Position numbers and translations under genes: made by a program | Assembly (NCBI GenBank): GCA_902797505.1 | Contig: CADBSW010000157.1 | Span: 10,253 to 74,252, forward strand | Length of the DNA: 64,000 nt | Reading direction: 5' to 3' | Origin: an uncultured Prevotellaceae bacterium | Lineage (GTDB): Bacteria; Bacteroidota; Bacteroidia; Bacteroidales; Bacteroidaceae | Shown here: positions 29,427-38,594 of the stretch, one piece after another | How the letters are laid out: each line of letters starts with the position of its first letter | Position numbering within the stretch: the first letter of the stretch is position 1 | Notes under the pieces: model-generated | What the model was told of the DNA's origin: nothing | Database searches by the model: none | What the model saw: the letters and a program-made list of their open reading frames with translations, nothing else

Positions 29427-30775
29427 AACTGAAAACATTCCGTATAGGTGGTGTTCATCCAGAGGAGAACAAACTCACCCATGAAGTGGCAACCGTTGTT
29501 GCAGAGCTGCCTAAACAAGCTGTCTTCCCTTTATCACAGCATATCGGTGCACCGGCAAAGCCTGTTGTGGCTAAAGGTGATAAGGTAAAGGTTGGTACGA
29601 TGATAGCAGAGGCCGGTGGCTTCGTTTCTGCTCCTATCTTCTCGTCTGTATCAGGTACCGTCTTTAAGATTGACGATGCCATCGATGCAACAGGCTATCG
29701 TAAACCGAGTATTATTATTAAGGTGGAAGGTGACGAATGGGAGCCCACGATTGACCGTTCTGATAAACTGGAGCGCATGGAGGATCATCCCGAACTGACT
29801 CCGGAAGAGATTGTTGAGCGTATCAAGAAAGCAGGTGTTACAGGTATGGGTGGTGCCGGATTCCCCACCTTTATCAAGTTGTGTCCTCCACCTACTGCCA
29901 AGGCAGAGTGCGTGATTATCAATGCCGTAGAGTGTGAGCCTTATATCACAGCCGACTACCGTTTGATGATGGAGCATGCCGATGAGATACTCGTAGGACT
30001 GGATCTATTGATGAAGGCCGTAAAAGTAGACAAGGGTTATATCGGTATTGAGGATAATAAGCCGGCTGCTATTGCTCTCTTTGAAGAGAAAACAGCAAAC
30101 AAGCCCAATGTGGAGATTGTTCCTTTAGCAAAGAAATACCCGCAGGGTGGTGAGAAGCAGTTGGTAGATGCCGTGATCCGTCGTCAGGTTCCCGCTCCAC
30201 CAGCCATCCCGGTTAATGTAGGTGCTGTGGTTCAGAATGTAGGAACGGCATTCGCTGTATATCAGGCTGTCATGAAGAACAAGCCGTTGTTTGAGCGTTA
30301 CACCACTGTAACCGGTAAGGCACTGGCACATCCCGGCAACTTCCTGGTAAGAATGGGTACTCCGATGAGCCAGCTTATCGATGCCTGTGGTGGTCTGCCA
30401 GAAGGTGACAACAAGATTCTTGCCGGTGGTCCGATGATGGGTAAGGCATTGACATCTACTGAGGTGCCTATCTGTAAGGGTACCAATAGTGTCACAATCC
30501 TCACCGATGCGGATGCCCGTCGTAAGGAGGCACAGCCTTGTATCCGTTGCGCCAAATGTGTGAGCGCATGTCCGATGGGCTTAGAGCCTTATCTGTTGGC
30601 TACATGCTCCAGCAAACATATGTGGGAGCGGGTAGAGGCAGAAGACATTACCTCTTGTATAGAGTGCGGCTCATGTCAGTTTACATGTCCTGCCCACCGT
30701 CCGTTGTTAGACAATATCCGTTTGGGAAAGACGACGGTAATGGGAATTATCAGATCACGAAACGCAAAGAAATAA
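29423..30775 (+). CDS. rnfC: Rnf complex subunit C
   Basis: Motifs GGVHP, QHIGAPA, GMGGAGFPT, NAVECEPYITAD, YPQGGEK and two ferredoxin motifs. Confidence 0.96.
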   Translation: MKLKTFRIGGVHPEENKLTHEVATVVAELPKQAVFPLSQHIGAPAKPVVAKGDKVKVGTMIAEAGGFVSAPIFSSVSGTVFKIDDAIDATGYRKPSIIIKVEGDEWEPTIDRSDKLERMEDHPELTPEEIVERIKKAGVTGMGGAGFPTFIKLCPPPTAKAECVIINAVECEPYITADYRLMMEHADEILVGLDLLMKAVKVDKGYIGIEDNKPAAIALFEEKTANKPNVEIVPLAKKYPQGGEKQLVDAVIRRQVPAPPAIPVNVGAVVQNVGTAFAVYQAVMKNKPLFERYTTVTGKALAHPGNFLVRMGTPMSQLIDACGGLPEGDNKILAGGPMMGKALTSTEVPICKGTNSVTILTDADARRKEAQPCIRCAKCVSACPMGLEPYLLATCSSKHMWERVEAEDITSCIECGSCQFTCPAHRPLLDNIRLGKTTVMGIIRSRNAKK

Positions 30776-30776
30776 A

Positions 30777-31778
30777 ATGGGAAAATTAATTGTTTCATTA
30801 TCACCGCACGCACACGGTAACGACAGTGTTGAGAAGAACATGTATGGCGTGATCATCGCTCTTGTTCCGGCACTGCTCGTATCCCTGTTCTACTTTGGAA
30901 TAGGTTCCGCTATTGTGCTTGCAACAAGTGTTCTTGCCTGCGTCTTCTTTGAGTGGGCAATCACCAAGTTCATGCTTGGTAAGGAAAAGACTACGATATG
31001 CGACGGCTCTGCTATCCTGACTGGTTTGTTGTTAGGATTCAACCTGCCGTCAAATCTTCCGATATGGATCATCATCATCGGTGCATTGGTAGCAATAGGT
31101 ATTGGAAAGATGACCTTCGGCGGACTGGGTAACAACCCGTTTAACCCCGCTTTGGTAGGTCGTTGCTTCCTCCTCGTGAGCTTCCCCGCACAGATGACCT
31201 CTTGGCCAGTTGCCGGACAGCTGGGCAGTTACCTCGATGCCGAGACTGGTGCTACACCGCTGGCTATCATGAAGATGGCCATCAAAGAGGGTAATCCTGA
31301 TTTGTTGGCTGATCTACCATCTGCTACCCACCTGCTGTTAGGTTCTAACCCTACCGGTGGACTGGGAACTATTGGTGAGGTTTGCGCCTTGGCACTGTTG
31401 ATCGGTCTGGCATATATGCTCTGGAAGAAGATTATTACCTGGCATATCCCTGTTTCTATCATCGGTACTGTATTCGTATTCTCAGCAATCATGCATTTTG
31501 CTAATCCGATCTATGCTGATCCGTTTACAGAGATACTGAGTGGTGGACTGATGCTCGGTGCTATCTTCATGGCAACCGACTATGTAACTTCTCCAATGAC
31601 AGCCAAAGGACAGATTATCTACGGTATCGCTATCGGTTTCCTGACGATTGTTATACGTAACTGGGGATCATATCCTGAGGGAATGTCATTCGCCATCCTT
31701 ATTATGAATGGATTTACACCCATTATCAATATGTACATCAAACCTAAGCGCTTCGGTGAAGTGCCTGAAAAGAAATAA
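30777..31778 (+). CDS. rnfD: Rnf complex subunit D
   Basis: Motifs SPH, FGGLGNNPFNPA, TGATPL (FMN site) and FMATDYVTSP. Confidence 0.95.
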   Translation: MGKLIVSLSPHAHGNDSVEKNMYGVIIALVPALLVSLFYFGIGSAIVLATSVLACVFFEWAITKFMLGKEKTTICDGSAILTGLLLGFNLPSNLPIWIIIIGALVAIGIGKMTFGGLGNNPFNPALVGRCFLLVSFPAQMTSWPVAGQLGSYLDAETGATPLAIMKMAIKEGNPDLLADLPSATHLLLGSNPTGGLGTIGEVCALALLIGLAYMLWKKIITWHIPVSIIGTVFVFSAIMHFANPIYADPFTEILSGGLMLGAIFMATDYVTSPMTAKGQIIYGIAIGFLTIVIRNWGSYPEGMSFAILIMNGFTPIINMYIKPKRFGEVPEKK

Positions 31779-31790
31779 GGAGGAGTAGAT

Positions 31791-32420
31791 ATGGAGAAAT
31801 TAAAATCATCAATGACAAATATGGTGCTGGTACTCACAGGAGTGGCAGTCATCACAGGATGTATCTTGGCTTATGTGAACCATATCACCTCTGGTCCTAT
31901 CGAGGTTCAGAAGGCAAAGACACTGGCTGATGGCATCAAGAGCGTGATGGGCAGCGATGAGTTGTCGGTCAGCAAGACAGATACCGTTAAGCAGAATGAT
32001 AATGGTAAAGAACTGACATACGTTATTTACCAGACACAAGATGGACAGAAGAATGATTTAGGTGCTGCCGTTGAGAGCACGTCAAGTGGTTTCGGCGGTG
32101 ACCTGAAGATACTCGTTGGTTTTGATCCCAAGGGTAATATCTTAGGATATACACTATTGGAGCATGCAGAGACACCTGGATTGGGTGCCAAGGCAGACAA
32201 GTGGTTCCAGAAGGGAGAGAAAGGTGACATCATCGGAAAGAGTCCTGAGAAACCTCTCGTTGTGACAAAAGACGGTGGAGAAGTAGACGCTATCACGGCA
32301 TCTACCATCACCAGTCGTGCTTTCCTCAAGGCTGTCAACAATGCTTATGCAGCCTTTAAGGCTACTCCGATTGACGAAGTAAAAGATAGTGAAGAATCAA
32401 AAGACGTTAAGGAGGAATAA
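31791..32420 (+). CDS. rnfG: Rnf complex subunit G
   Basis: Motifs GFGG, HAETPGLG and DAITASTITS (FMN-binding). Confidence 0.95.
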   Translation: MEKLKSSMTNMVLVLTGVAVITGCILAYVNHITSGPIEVQKAKTLADGIKSVMGSDELSVSKTDTVKQNDNGKELTYVIYQTQDGQKNDLGAAVESTSSGFGGDLKILVGFDPKGNILGYTLLEHAETPGLGAKADKWFQKGEKGDIIGKSPEKPLVVTKDGGEVDAITASTITSRAFLKAVNNAYAAFKATPIDEVKDSEESKDVKEE

Positions 32421-32421
32421 T

Positions 32422-33006
32422 ATGAGTTATCTGAAAATAATTACCAATGGTATCGTTAAGGAGAATCCTACATTCGTCCTTATGTTAGGTATGTGTCCTA
32501 CACTGGCCACAACCACAAGTGCTATCAACGGTTTGTCGATGGGTCTGGCTACCATGTTCGTGCTGATCTGTTCGAATGTTGTTATCTCACTGATTAAGAA
32601 CCTCACACCGGATAAGGTGCGTATCCCTGTATTCATCGTGGTGATCGCATCCTTCGTTACCATCCTTCAGATGGTTATGCAGGCTTTCGTACCAGATATC
32701 TACAAGACTCTCGGACTTTTTATTCCGCTGATCGTGGTTAACTGTATCATCCTTGGACGTGCAGAGGCGTTCGCTGCTAAGAACGGAGCTGTGGAGAGTC
32801 TGATGGACGGTATAGGTATCGGTCTTGGTTTTACCCTCGGTCTTACCCTGCTGGGTATCTGTCGTGAACTGCTTGGTGCCGGTTCTGTATTTGGTATTGC
32901 GCTAATCCCGGAAACCTATAACATGCTGATGTTCGTATTGCCTCCGGGCGCATTCATCACATTGGGATTCCTCGTGGCTATTATTAACAAACTTAAGAAG
33001 GCATAA
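32422..33006 (+). CDS. rnfE: Rnf complex subunit E
   Basis: Motifs ENPTFVLMLGMCPTLA, PLIVVNCIILGRAEAFA and PPGAF. ATG start at 32422. Confidence 0.95.
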   Translation: MSYLKIITNGIVKENPTFVLMLGMCPTLATTTSAINGLSMGLATMFVLICSNVVISLIKNLTPDKVRIPVFIVVIASFVTILQMVMQAFVPDIYKTLGLFIPLIVVNCIILGRAEAFAAKNGAVESLMDGIGIGLGFTLGLTLLGICRELLGAGSVFGIALIPETYNMLMFVLPPGAFITLGFLVAIINKLKKA

Positions 33007-33008
33007 TT

Positions 33009-33611
33009 ATGGAGTATATACTTATTTTCATATCGGCAATCTTTGTCAATAACATCATTCTGTCGCAGTTCCTGGGAATATGTCCATTCCTGGGTGTATC
33101 ACAGAAGGTGAACACATCTCTTGGCATGAGTGCCGCCGTTGCTTTCGTGATGACGCTGGCAACCATTGTTACCTACCTCATTCAGAAGTTTGTGCTGGAT
33201 GCATTCGGACTGCAATATCTGCAGACGATTGTCTTCATCCTGGTTATCGCCGCTCTGGTACAGATGGTAGAGATCGTGTTGAAGAAAGTATCTCCGGCCC
33301 TTTATCAGGCATTGGGAATATTCCTTCCATTGATCACCACTAACTGTGCTGTTCTTGGTGTTGCTATTCTGGTAATCCAGAAAGACTTCTCATTACTGCA
33401 GAGTGTTGTCTATGCCTTCTCTACCGCTATCGGTTTCGGTCTGGCATTGACGGTGTTTGCCGGTATTCGTGAGCAACTCTCTTTGGTAAATATCCCTAAG
33501 GGTATGCAGGGTGTTGCTATCGTGCTTGTAACAGCCGGTTTGCTCAGTCTGGCATTCATGGGATTCTCTGGTGTTGACGGAGGTCTTCGAACCTTGTTCG
33601 GATTAAACTAA
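33009..33611 (+). CDS. rnfA: Rnf complex subunit A
   Basis: Motifs NNIILSQFLGICPFLG, LPLITTNCAVLG and LAFMGFSG. Confidence 0.95.
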   Translation: MEYILIFISAIFVNNIILSQFLGICPFLGVSQKVNTSLGMSAAVAFVMTLATIVTYLIQKFVLDAFGLQYLQTIVFILVIAALVQMVEIVLKKVSPALYQALGIFLPLITTNCAVLGVAILVIQKDFSLLQSVVYAFSTAIGFGLALTVFAGIREQLSLVNIPKGMQGVAIVLVTAGLLSLAFMGFSGVDGGLRTLFGLN

Positions 33612-33631
33612 TTCCTTATCAACATATCATG

Positions 33632-33666
33632 AAAGGTCGTGTCGGGTTCTTGACACGGCCTTTTTT
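33632..33666 (+). terminator. Intrinsic terminator of the rnf operon
   Basis: Stem AAAGGTCGTGTC / GACACGGCCTTT with a T-run. Confidence 0.85.
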
Positions 33667-33765
33667 ATATTTATCATGTAAGCTATATTACCATACGAAA
33701 ATATTTTTGTCTGATAAAAAATGGTTAAAGTGTATAATAATCTTGGAGAAAACCTATTTTTCGTG

Positions 33766-33773
33766 TATATTTG
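33766..33773 (+). promoter_or_regulatory. -7 box (TATATTTG) for the STAS/PP2C cassette
   Basis: TAnnTTTG with a -33-like CTTG 20 nt upstream. Confidence 0.6.
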
Positions 33774-33802
33774 CATGATTTTGTAATCAATAATATAACT
33801 AT

Positions 33803-34978
33803 ATGACAACAAAATTCAACGTAGATATTTCAGACAAAAACCATATAGCAGTAAGTGGACGTATCGACTCGTCAAATGCACAAGCATTTGAAAGTTGTTT
33901 AAGTGCGTATATCTCTCAGAAATTTGACACACTGACTATCGATGCAGAAAAACTTACATACATTTCCTCTGCTGGTTTACGTGTGCTGATCAAACTGCGG
34001 AGAAATGCTGAGAATACAATTACCATTGAGAATACGACAGATGATGTCTATCAGATATTTGACATGACAGGTTTCTCACAACTCTTCAAGGTGAAGAAAG
34101 GATTTCGGCGACTGAGTGTGGAAGGGTGTCCTGTCATTGGTACCGGGTTCTACGGGACAGTTTATCGTATAGATCCAGATACCATAGTGAAGGTTTTTCA
34201 TCCTTCGTGTGGTATGCAGCAAATAGAAGAAGAGCAGACAAAAGCTAAAGCAGCTTTCCTGAAAGGTATTCCTACAGCAATCAGTTATGATATCGTCAAG
34301 GTAGATGATTCATACGGACTGGTTTTTGAGATGCTCAAGTCTGAGTCATTCAATGACTTGATTATTCAGTATCCAGAACAGATAGATGAGAATATCAAGA
34401 GATGGAGTGATCTGTTGAAGAAGGTTCATTCCACCACTATGGATCCGGGAGTATTACCTTCTGCTAAGGCGATACACCTGAACTATCTTGAAGTGGTGAG
34501 GGATTACCTGGATGATGCCCAATATAACTATCTTCATGCATTTCTTGAGAAGATACCTAACCGCATGACTGTCGTACACGGAGACTATCAGATGAAGAAC
34601 GTGATGCTCTCAGATGATGAGCCCATGCTGATAGATATGGAGACATTGGCTGTTGGTCATCCCATCTTTGATATGGCAGGAATATATGTCACGTATCAAA
34701 TGTTTGAAGAGGATGAACCAGGCAATACGATGGCGTTCTATGGTATCCCAGCTTCAACATGCGATTACATCTGGGACAAGCTGTTAGAGTATTACCTTGA
34801 GACCAATGATGCTGCCATCATCCAGAGTGAGACTAAAAAGATCAAGTTGATCGCAGCCGTCAGATTCTTGTACATACTGGCAATCAGTGATCTGAAAGAA
34901 GGTCCTCTCGGTGAACGGCGCATCCGTCATACGAAGGAACATATTGGTGAATTAATGAATCAAATGGAAAATCTATAA
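33803..34978 (+). CDS. STAS (anti-anti-sigma) domain fused to an APH/protein-kinase-like phosphotransferase
   Basis: STAS: SGRIDSSNA...LTYISSAGLRVL...IFDMTGF. Kinase: IGTGFYGTVY, IVKVF, HGDYQMKNVM and LIDME. Confidence 0.85.
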   Translation: MTTKFNVDISDKNHIAVSGRIDSSNAQAFESCLSAYISQKFDTLTIDAEKLTYISSAGLRVLIKLRRNAENTITIENTTDDVYQIFDMTGFSQLFKVKKGFRRLSVEGCPVIGTGFYGTVYRIDPDTIVKVFHPSCGMQQIEEEQTKAKAAFLKGIPTAISYDIVKVDDSYGLVFEMLKSESFNDLIIQYPEQIDENIKRWSDLLKKVHSTTMDPGVLPSAKAIHLNYLEVVRDYLDDAQYNYLHAFLEKIPNRMTVVHGDYQMKNVMLSDDEPMLIDMETLAVGHPIFDMAGIYVTYQMFEEDEPGNTMAFYGIPASTCDYIWDKLLEYYLETNDAAIIQSETKKIKLIAAVRFLYILAISDLKEGPLGERRIRHTKEHIGELMNQMENL

Positions 34979-34985
34979 ATAATAG

Positions 34986-37199
34986 ATGAGCATATTCGAC
35001 AGGTGGCGTAAGAGCTATGAAACAAAATTCAGTCTTGCAATCTTCATCACGGTTGCGCTGTTGATAGAGGCGATTATAGGCATACAGTATCTGTATGCCC
35101 AAAAGTCTATCCGCAAGGAGATGAAGCACCGTGCGCAAACAGAATTGAAAGTGAAAAGTCTGGAGATTCAGGGAGTACTGAATGCCATAGAGGTAGCCGC
35201 AAAGAACCAAGCATGGAATGTTGAGCGACTGCTTGCTTATCCAGACTCTATGTATAAGGTCACTGAGCGCTTGGTAACACAAGACGAACTGATCATAGGT
35301 GTTGGTGTCCTCTTTGTCCCCAACTATTATCCTTCAAAGGGATATTGGTATGAGCCTTATGTAAGAGATGAAGGAACAGGATATATAGAGAAACGACAAC
35401 TGGGTGGAAAGAATCACGATTACACAAAGACAGATTTCTTTAATATCCCCCTTCAAGGTGACTCTGCATTTTGGAGTGAGCCATATCTCGACAAGGATGG
35501 TGCAAGGACCATGGTTATTACCTATTGTTATCCTATCCATGATAAAAACGGAAAAGTAGTAGCCATCCTTGGAACAGATGTCTCGCTTGACTGGTTGGGA
35601 GAACTTATGAATGCCTCGCCAGCCTACCCTTCATCTACCAATATGATTTTATCTCGTACAGGACAGGTGATGGCTTGTCCTGTGGAAAGTCTTGTCATGA
35701 AGAGTACCATCATGGAAGTTACTGCCAATATGAAAGACACCACGGTACGTAGCCTCAACAAGAGGATGTTGTCTGGATACACAGGTAGCGCTACTGTCAC
35801 TAATAACGAAGGAGAAAAACAGTATGTGTTCTATGCCCCCATCAAGGGTTCTACAGGTTGGTCAATGGCTGTGACATGTCCGGGTAAGGAAATATACCAG
35901 GGCTTGTCGAAGATGCGGCATAACCTTCAACTGATGAGTCTGCTCGGTTTCCTTCTACTGTTGTATATCATCACCCGTACGGTGAAGAATTTCAATCATG
36001 TACAGGAAGTCAATAAAGAGAAAGAGCGTATCGACAGTGAGCTCCATATTGCCAATGGCATCCAGATGGGTATGCTTCCAACGAGTTTCGTATTCACCCC
36101 GGCACGTAGTGATGTGGATATATATGGTTCTCTGGTACCTGCAAAGGCTGTTGGAGGCGATTTATACGATTTCTACGTCCGTGACGAGAAACTCTTTTTC
36201 TGTATTGGTGACGTCAGTGGAAAAGGTGTGCCGGCAGCATTAGTGATGGCTGTCATCCGCAGTTCTTTCCGCACGTCATCCATGATGGAGTCAACTCCAG
36301 ATAGAATACTTAGTCAGATAAATGATAGTGTATCAGACATTAACGATGAGAATATGTTTGCCACACTGTTGGTAGGAACCTTGGATCTTCCCACGGGTAG
36401 ACTGCACTATAGTAATGCTGGTCATTGTCCACCTCTGCTCATTGGATCCGGTGTCGGTTATCTTCCTTTGGATGCAAATATTCCAGTAGGACTATTGAAA
36501 GGTTGGCGTTACAATGCACAATATGTGATGATAGAACCGCAGACTACGCTCTTCTTATATACCGACGGACTGACAGAAGCCGAGAAAGAAGACTACGAAC
36601 AATTCGGGAAAGACAGAATGTTCGAGACTGCCGAAACACTTTTAGAGAAAGGGCAACACAGTCCGAAACAGACTATTGAGCGGATGACAGAGGCTGTGAA
36701 CGGTTTTGTAGGTGACAATGAAAAGAGCGATGACCTTACCATGTTGGCTATTCAGTACACTAAAGAAGCGCTCGAGATACAAATGGAACGTCATCTCACG
36801 TTGGAGAATAACCTGGATTCCATTCCACAGTTGAATGAGTTTGTGGATGGTATCTCTGAGGAGTTGGGCTTCGATATGTCAACAACGATGAAGCTGAACC
36901 TTGCCATAGAGGAAGCAGTAGTCAATATTATCAACTACGCATATCCGGAAGGTACCAAAGGATTCGTGAATATTGATGCCTCATCCAATGATGTCCGATT
37001 AAAGTTCGTTATTACGGATGAGGGTACTCCATTTGATCCCACTACCAGAAAAGAGGTTGATACGACATTACCTGTTGAGGAACGACCTATTGGTGGACTG
37101 GGAATATTGTTGGTACGTAAGTTGATGGACTCCATTAACTATGAACGTATTGATGGAAAAAACGTGTTAACATTAAGAAAAAACCTAATTAAAGATTGA
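34986..37199 (+). CDS. Membrane sensor: dCache domain, SpoIIE/PP2C phosphatase and RsbW-like HATPase kinase
   Basis: Two TM helices around a Cache domain (WSEPYLD...ITYCYPI...GTDVSL). PP2C motifs VGGDLYDF, IGDVSGKG, YTDGLTEA and DDLTML. HATPase motifs EEAVVNIINYAY, DEGTPFDP and GGLGILLV. Confidence 0.9.
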   Translation: MSIFDRWRKSYETKFSLAIFITVALLIEAIIGIQYLYAQKSIRKEMKHRAQTELKVKSLEIQGVLNAIEVAAKNQAWNVERLLAYPDSMYKVTERLVTQDELIIGVGVLFVPNYYPSKGYWYEPYVRDEGTGYIEKRQLGGKNHDYTKTDFFNIPLQGDSAFWSEPYLDKDGARTMVITYCYPIHDKNGKVVAILGTDVSLDWLGELMNASPAYPSSTNMILSRTGQVMACPVESLVMKSTIMEVTANMKDTTVRSLNKRMLSGYTGSATVTNNEGEKQYVFYAPIKGSTGWSMAVTCPGKEIYQGLSKMRHNLQLMSLLGFLLLLYIITRTVKNFNHVQEVNKEKERIDSELHIANGIQMGMLPTSFVFTPARSDVDIYGSLVPAKAVGGDLYDFYVRDEKLFFCIGDVSGKGVPAALVMAVIRSSFRTSSMMESTPDRILSQINDSVSDINDENMFATLLVGTLDLPTGRLHYSNAGHCPPLLIGSGVGYLPLDANIPVGLLKGWRYNAQYVMIEPQTTLFLYTDGLTEAEKEDYEQFGKDRMFETAETLLEKGQHSPKQTIERMTEAVNGFVGDNEKSDDLTMLAIQYTKEALEIQMERHLTLENNLDSIPQLNEFVDGISEELGFDMSTTMKLNLAIEEAVVNIINYAYPEGTKGFVNIDASSNDVRLKFVITDEGTPFDPTTRKEVDTTLPVEERPIGGLGILLVRKLMDSINYERIDGKNVLTLRKNLIKD

Positions 37200-37200
37200 T

Positions 37201-37503
37201 ATGAAAACGACATTTAAAGTAGAAGACAATAACTACGTTATGTACTTTGAAGGTAGGCTCGACACTGCAGTAAGTGCCGTGGTACAGAAAGAGGTAAGTG
37301 TGTTGAATGACTGTGAAGGTCATGATGTGATACTCGACTGCACGGATCTTAAATACATATCATCCAGTGGTATGCGTATCTTCCTGAATATCCTAAAAAA
37401 TGCAAAGGCAAAGAGTAGCCATGTGTATATCAGGAATGTCAGCGAGGATATTCTTTCTGTGTTGAGTATTACAGGCTTTACTAATATTTTTGATTTCATC
37501 TAA
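37201..37503 (+). CDS. Stand-alone STAS anti-sigma-factor antagonist
   Basis: Motifs EGRLDT, LKYISSSGMRIFL and VLSITGF. Confidence 0.9.
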   Translation: MKTTFKVEDNNYVMYFEGRLDTAVSAVVQKEVSVLNDCEGHDVILDCTDLKYISSSGMRIFLNILKNAKAKSSHVYIRNVSEDILSVLSITGFTNIFDFI

Positions 37504-37526
37504 ATAAATTTTCAAATAAGAAAGAA

Positions 37527-38567
37527 ATGAATAAAACAATTTTGGTCACTGGTGGTACCGGTTTTATCGGTAGTCATACAACAGTGGAATTGCAAGAGGC
37601 AGGATATGATGTCGTGATTATCGACAATCTGTCTAACTCTAAGAAGGAAGTAGTTGATGGTATTGAGAAGATAACAGGTATTCGTCCGGCATTCGAGCAG
37701 GTAGACTGCTGTGACATGGATGCATTGGAGAACGTGTTCCGTAAATATCCCAATATTACAGGTATTATTCATTTTGCTGCCAGTAAGGCAGTGGGAGAGA
37801 GCGTAGAAAAACCATTGCTGTATTATAGAAATAACATCACCTCATTGATCAACCTTCTGGAACTGATGCCGAAATATGATGTTAAAGGCATTATCTTCTC
37901 ATCCAGTTGTACGGTTTACGGACAACCCACAGAAGAGAATCTTCCTGTTACGGAGAATGCTCCCATACAGAAGGCACTCAGTCCGTATGGTAACACCAAA
38001 CAAATCAATGAAGAAATCATACAAGACTATATCCATAGCGGCGCACCCGTAAAATCTGTTATCCTTCGTTATTTTAATCCCATCGGAGCTCATCCGTCAG
38101 GATTGATTGGTGAACTGCCTAATGGTGTTCCTATGAATCTGATTCCATTTGTTACACAGACAGCCATTGGCATTCGCAAACAACTGAAGATATTTGGCAA
38201 CGACTATAATACTCCTGACGGCACATGTATCAGAGACTATATCTATGTTGTGGATTTGGCAAAGGCACACGTCAAAGCTATGGACAGAGTGCTAAATGTT
38301 CCTGATACAGACCCAGTAGAGATCTTTAACATTGGTACAGGAAGAGGACTCAGTACACTGGAGGTTGTTGAAGGATTTGAGAAAGCAACAGGAGTAAAAC
38401 TCAACTGGGAATATGCACCTCGTAGAGAAGGTGATATTGAGAAGGTATGGGGTAATGTAGACAAAGCCAATAAAGTGCTCGGTTGGAAAGCTGATGCAGA
38501 CATTGAGGATGTTCTCCGTTCTGCTTGGAAGTGGCAGAAGAAACTACGTGAGGACGGCATACAATAA
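37527..38567 (+). CDS. galE: UDP-glucose 4-epimerase
   Basis: Motifs TGGTGFIGSHT, HFAASKAVGESV, YGNTK, LRYFNPIGAH and DGTCIRDYI. Confidence 0.96.
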   Translation: MNKTILVTGGTGFIGSHTTVELQEAGYDVVIIDNLSNSKKEVVDGIEKITGIRPAFEQVDCCDMDALENVFRKYPNITGIIHFAASKAVGESVEKPLLYYRNNITSLINLLELMPKYDVKGIIFSSSCTVYGQPTEENLPVTENAPIQKALSPYGNTKQINEEIIQDYIHSGAPVKSVILRYFNPIGAHPSGLIGELPNGVPMNLIPFVTQTAIGIRKQLKIFGNDYNTPDGTCIRDYIYVVDLAKAHVKAMDRVLNVPDTDPVEIFNIGTGRGLSTLEVVEGFEKATGVKLNWEYAPRREGDIEKVWGNVDKANKVLGWKADADIEDVLRSAWKWQKKLREDGIQ

Positions 38568-38594
38568 TTAAATAAAGATAATGACGTTGAGATA

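Noticed and set aside
23646-29438. Other long antisense ORFs (23646-24428, 27123-27662, 28734-29438)
   Set aside because: They lie opposite confident genes and have no domain signatures.
33803-34978. Aminoglycoside-resistance phosphotransferase
   Set aside because: It shares only the fold motifs. The STAS fusion and operon context point to signalling, and there is no mobile-element context.
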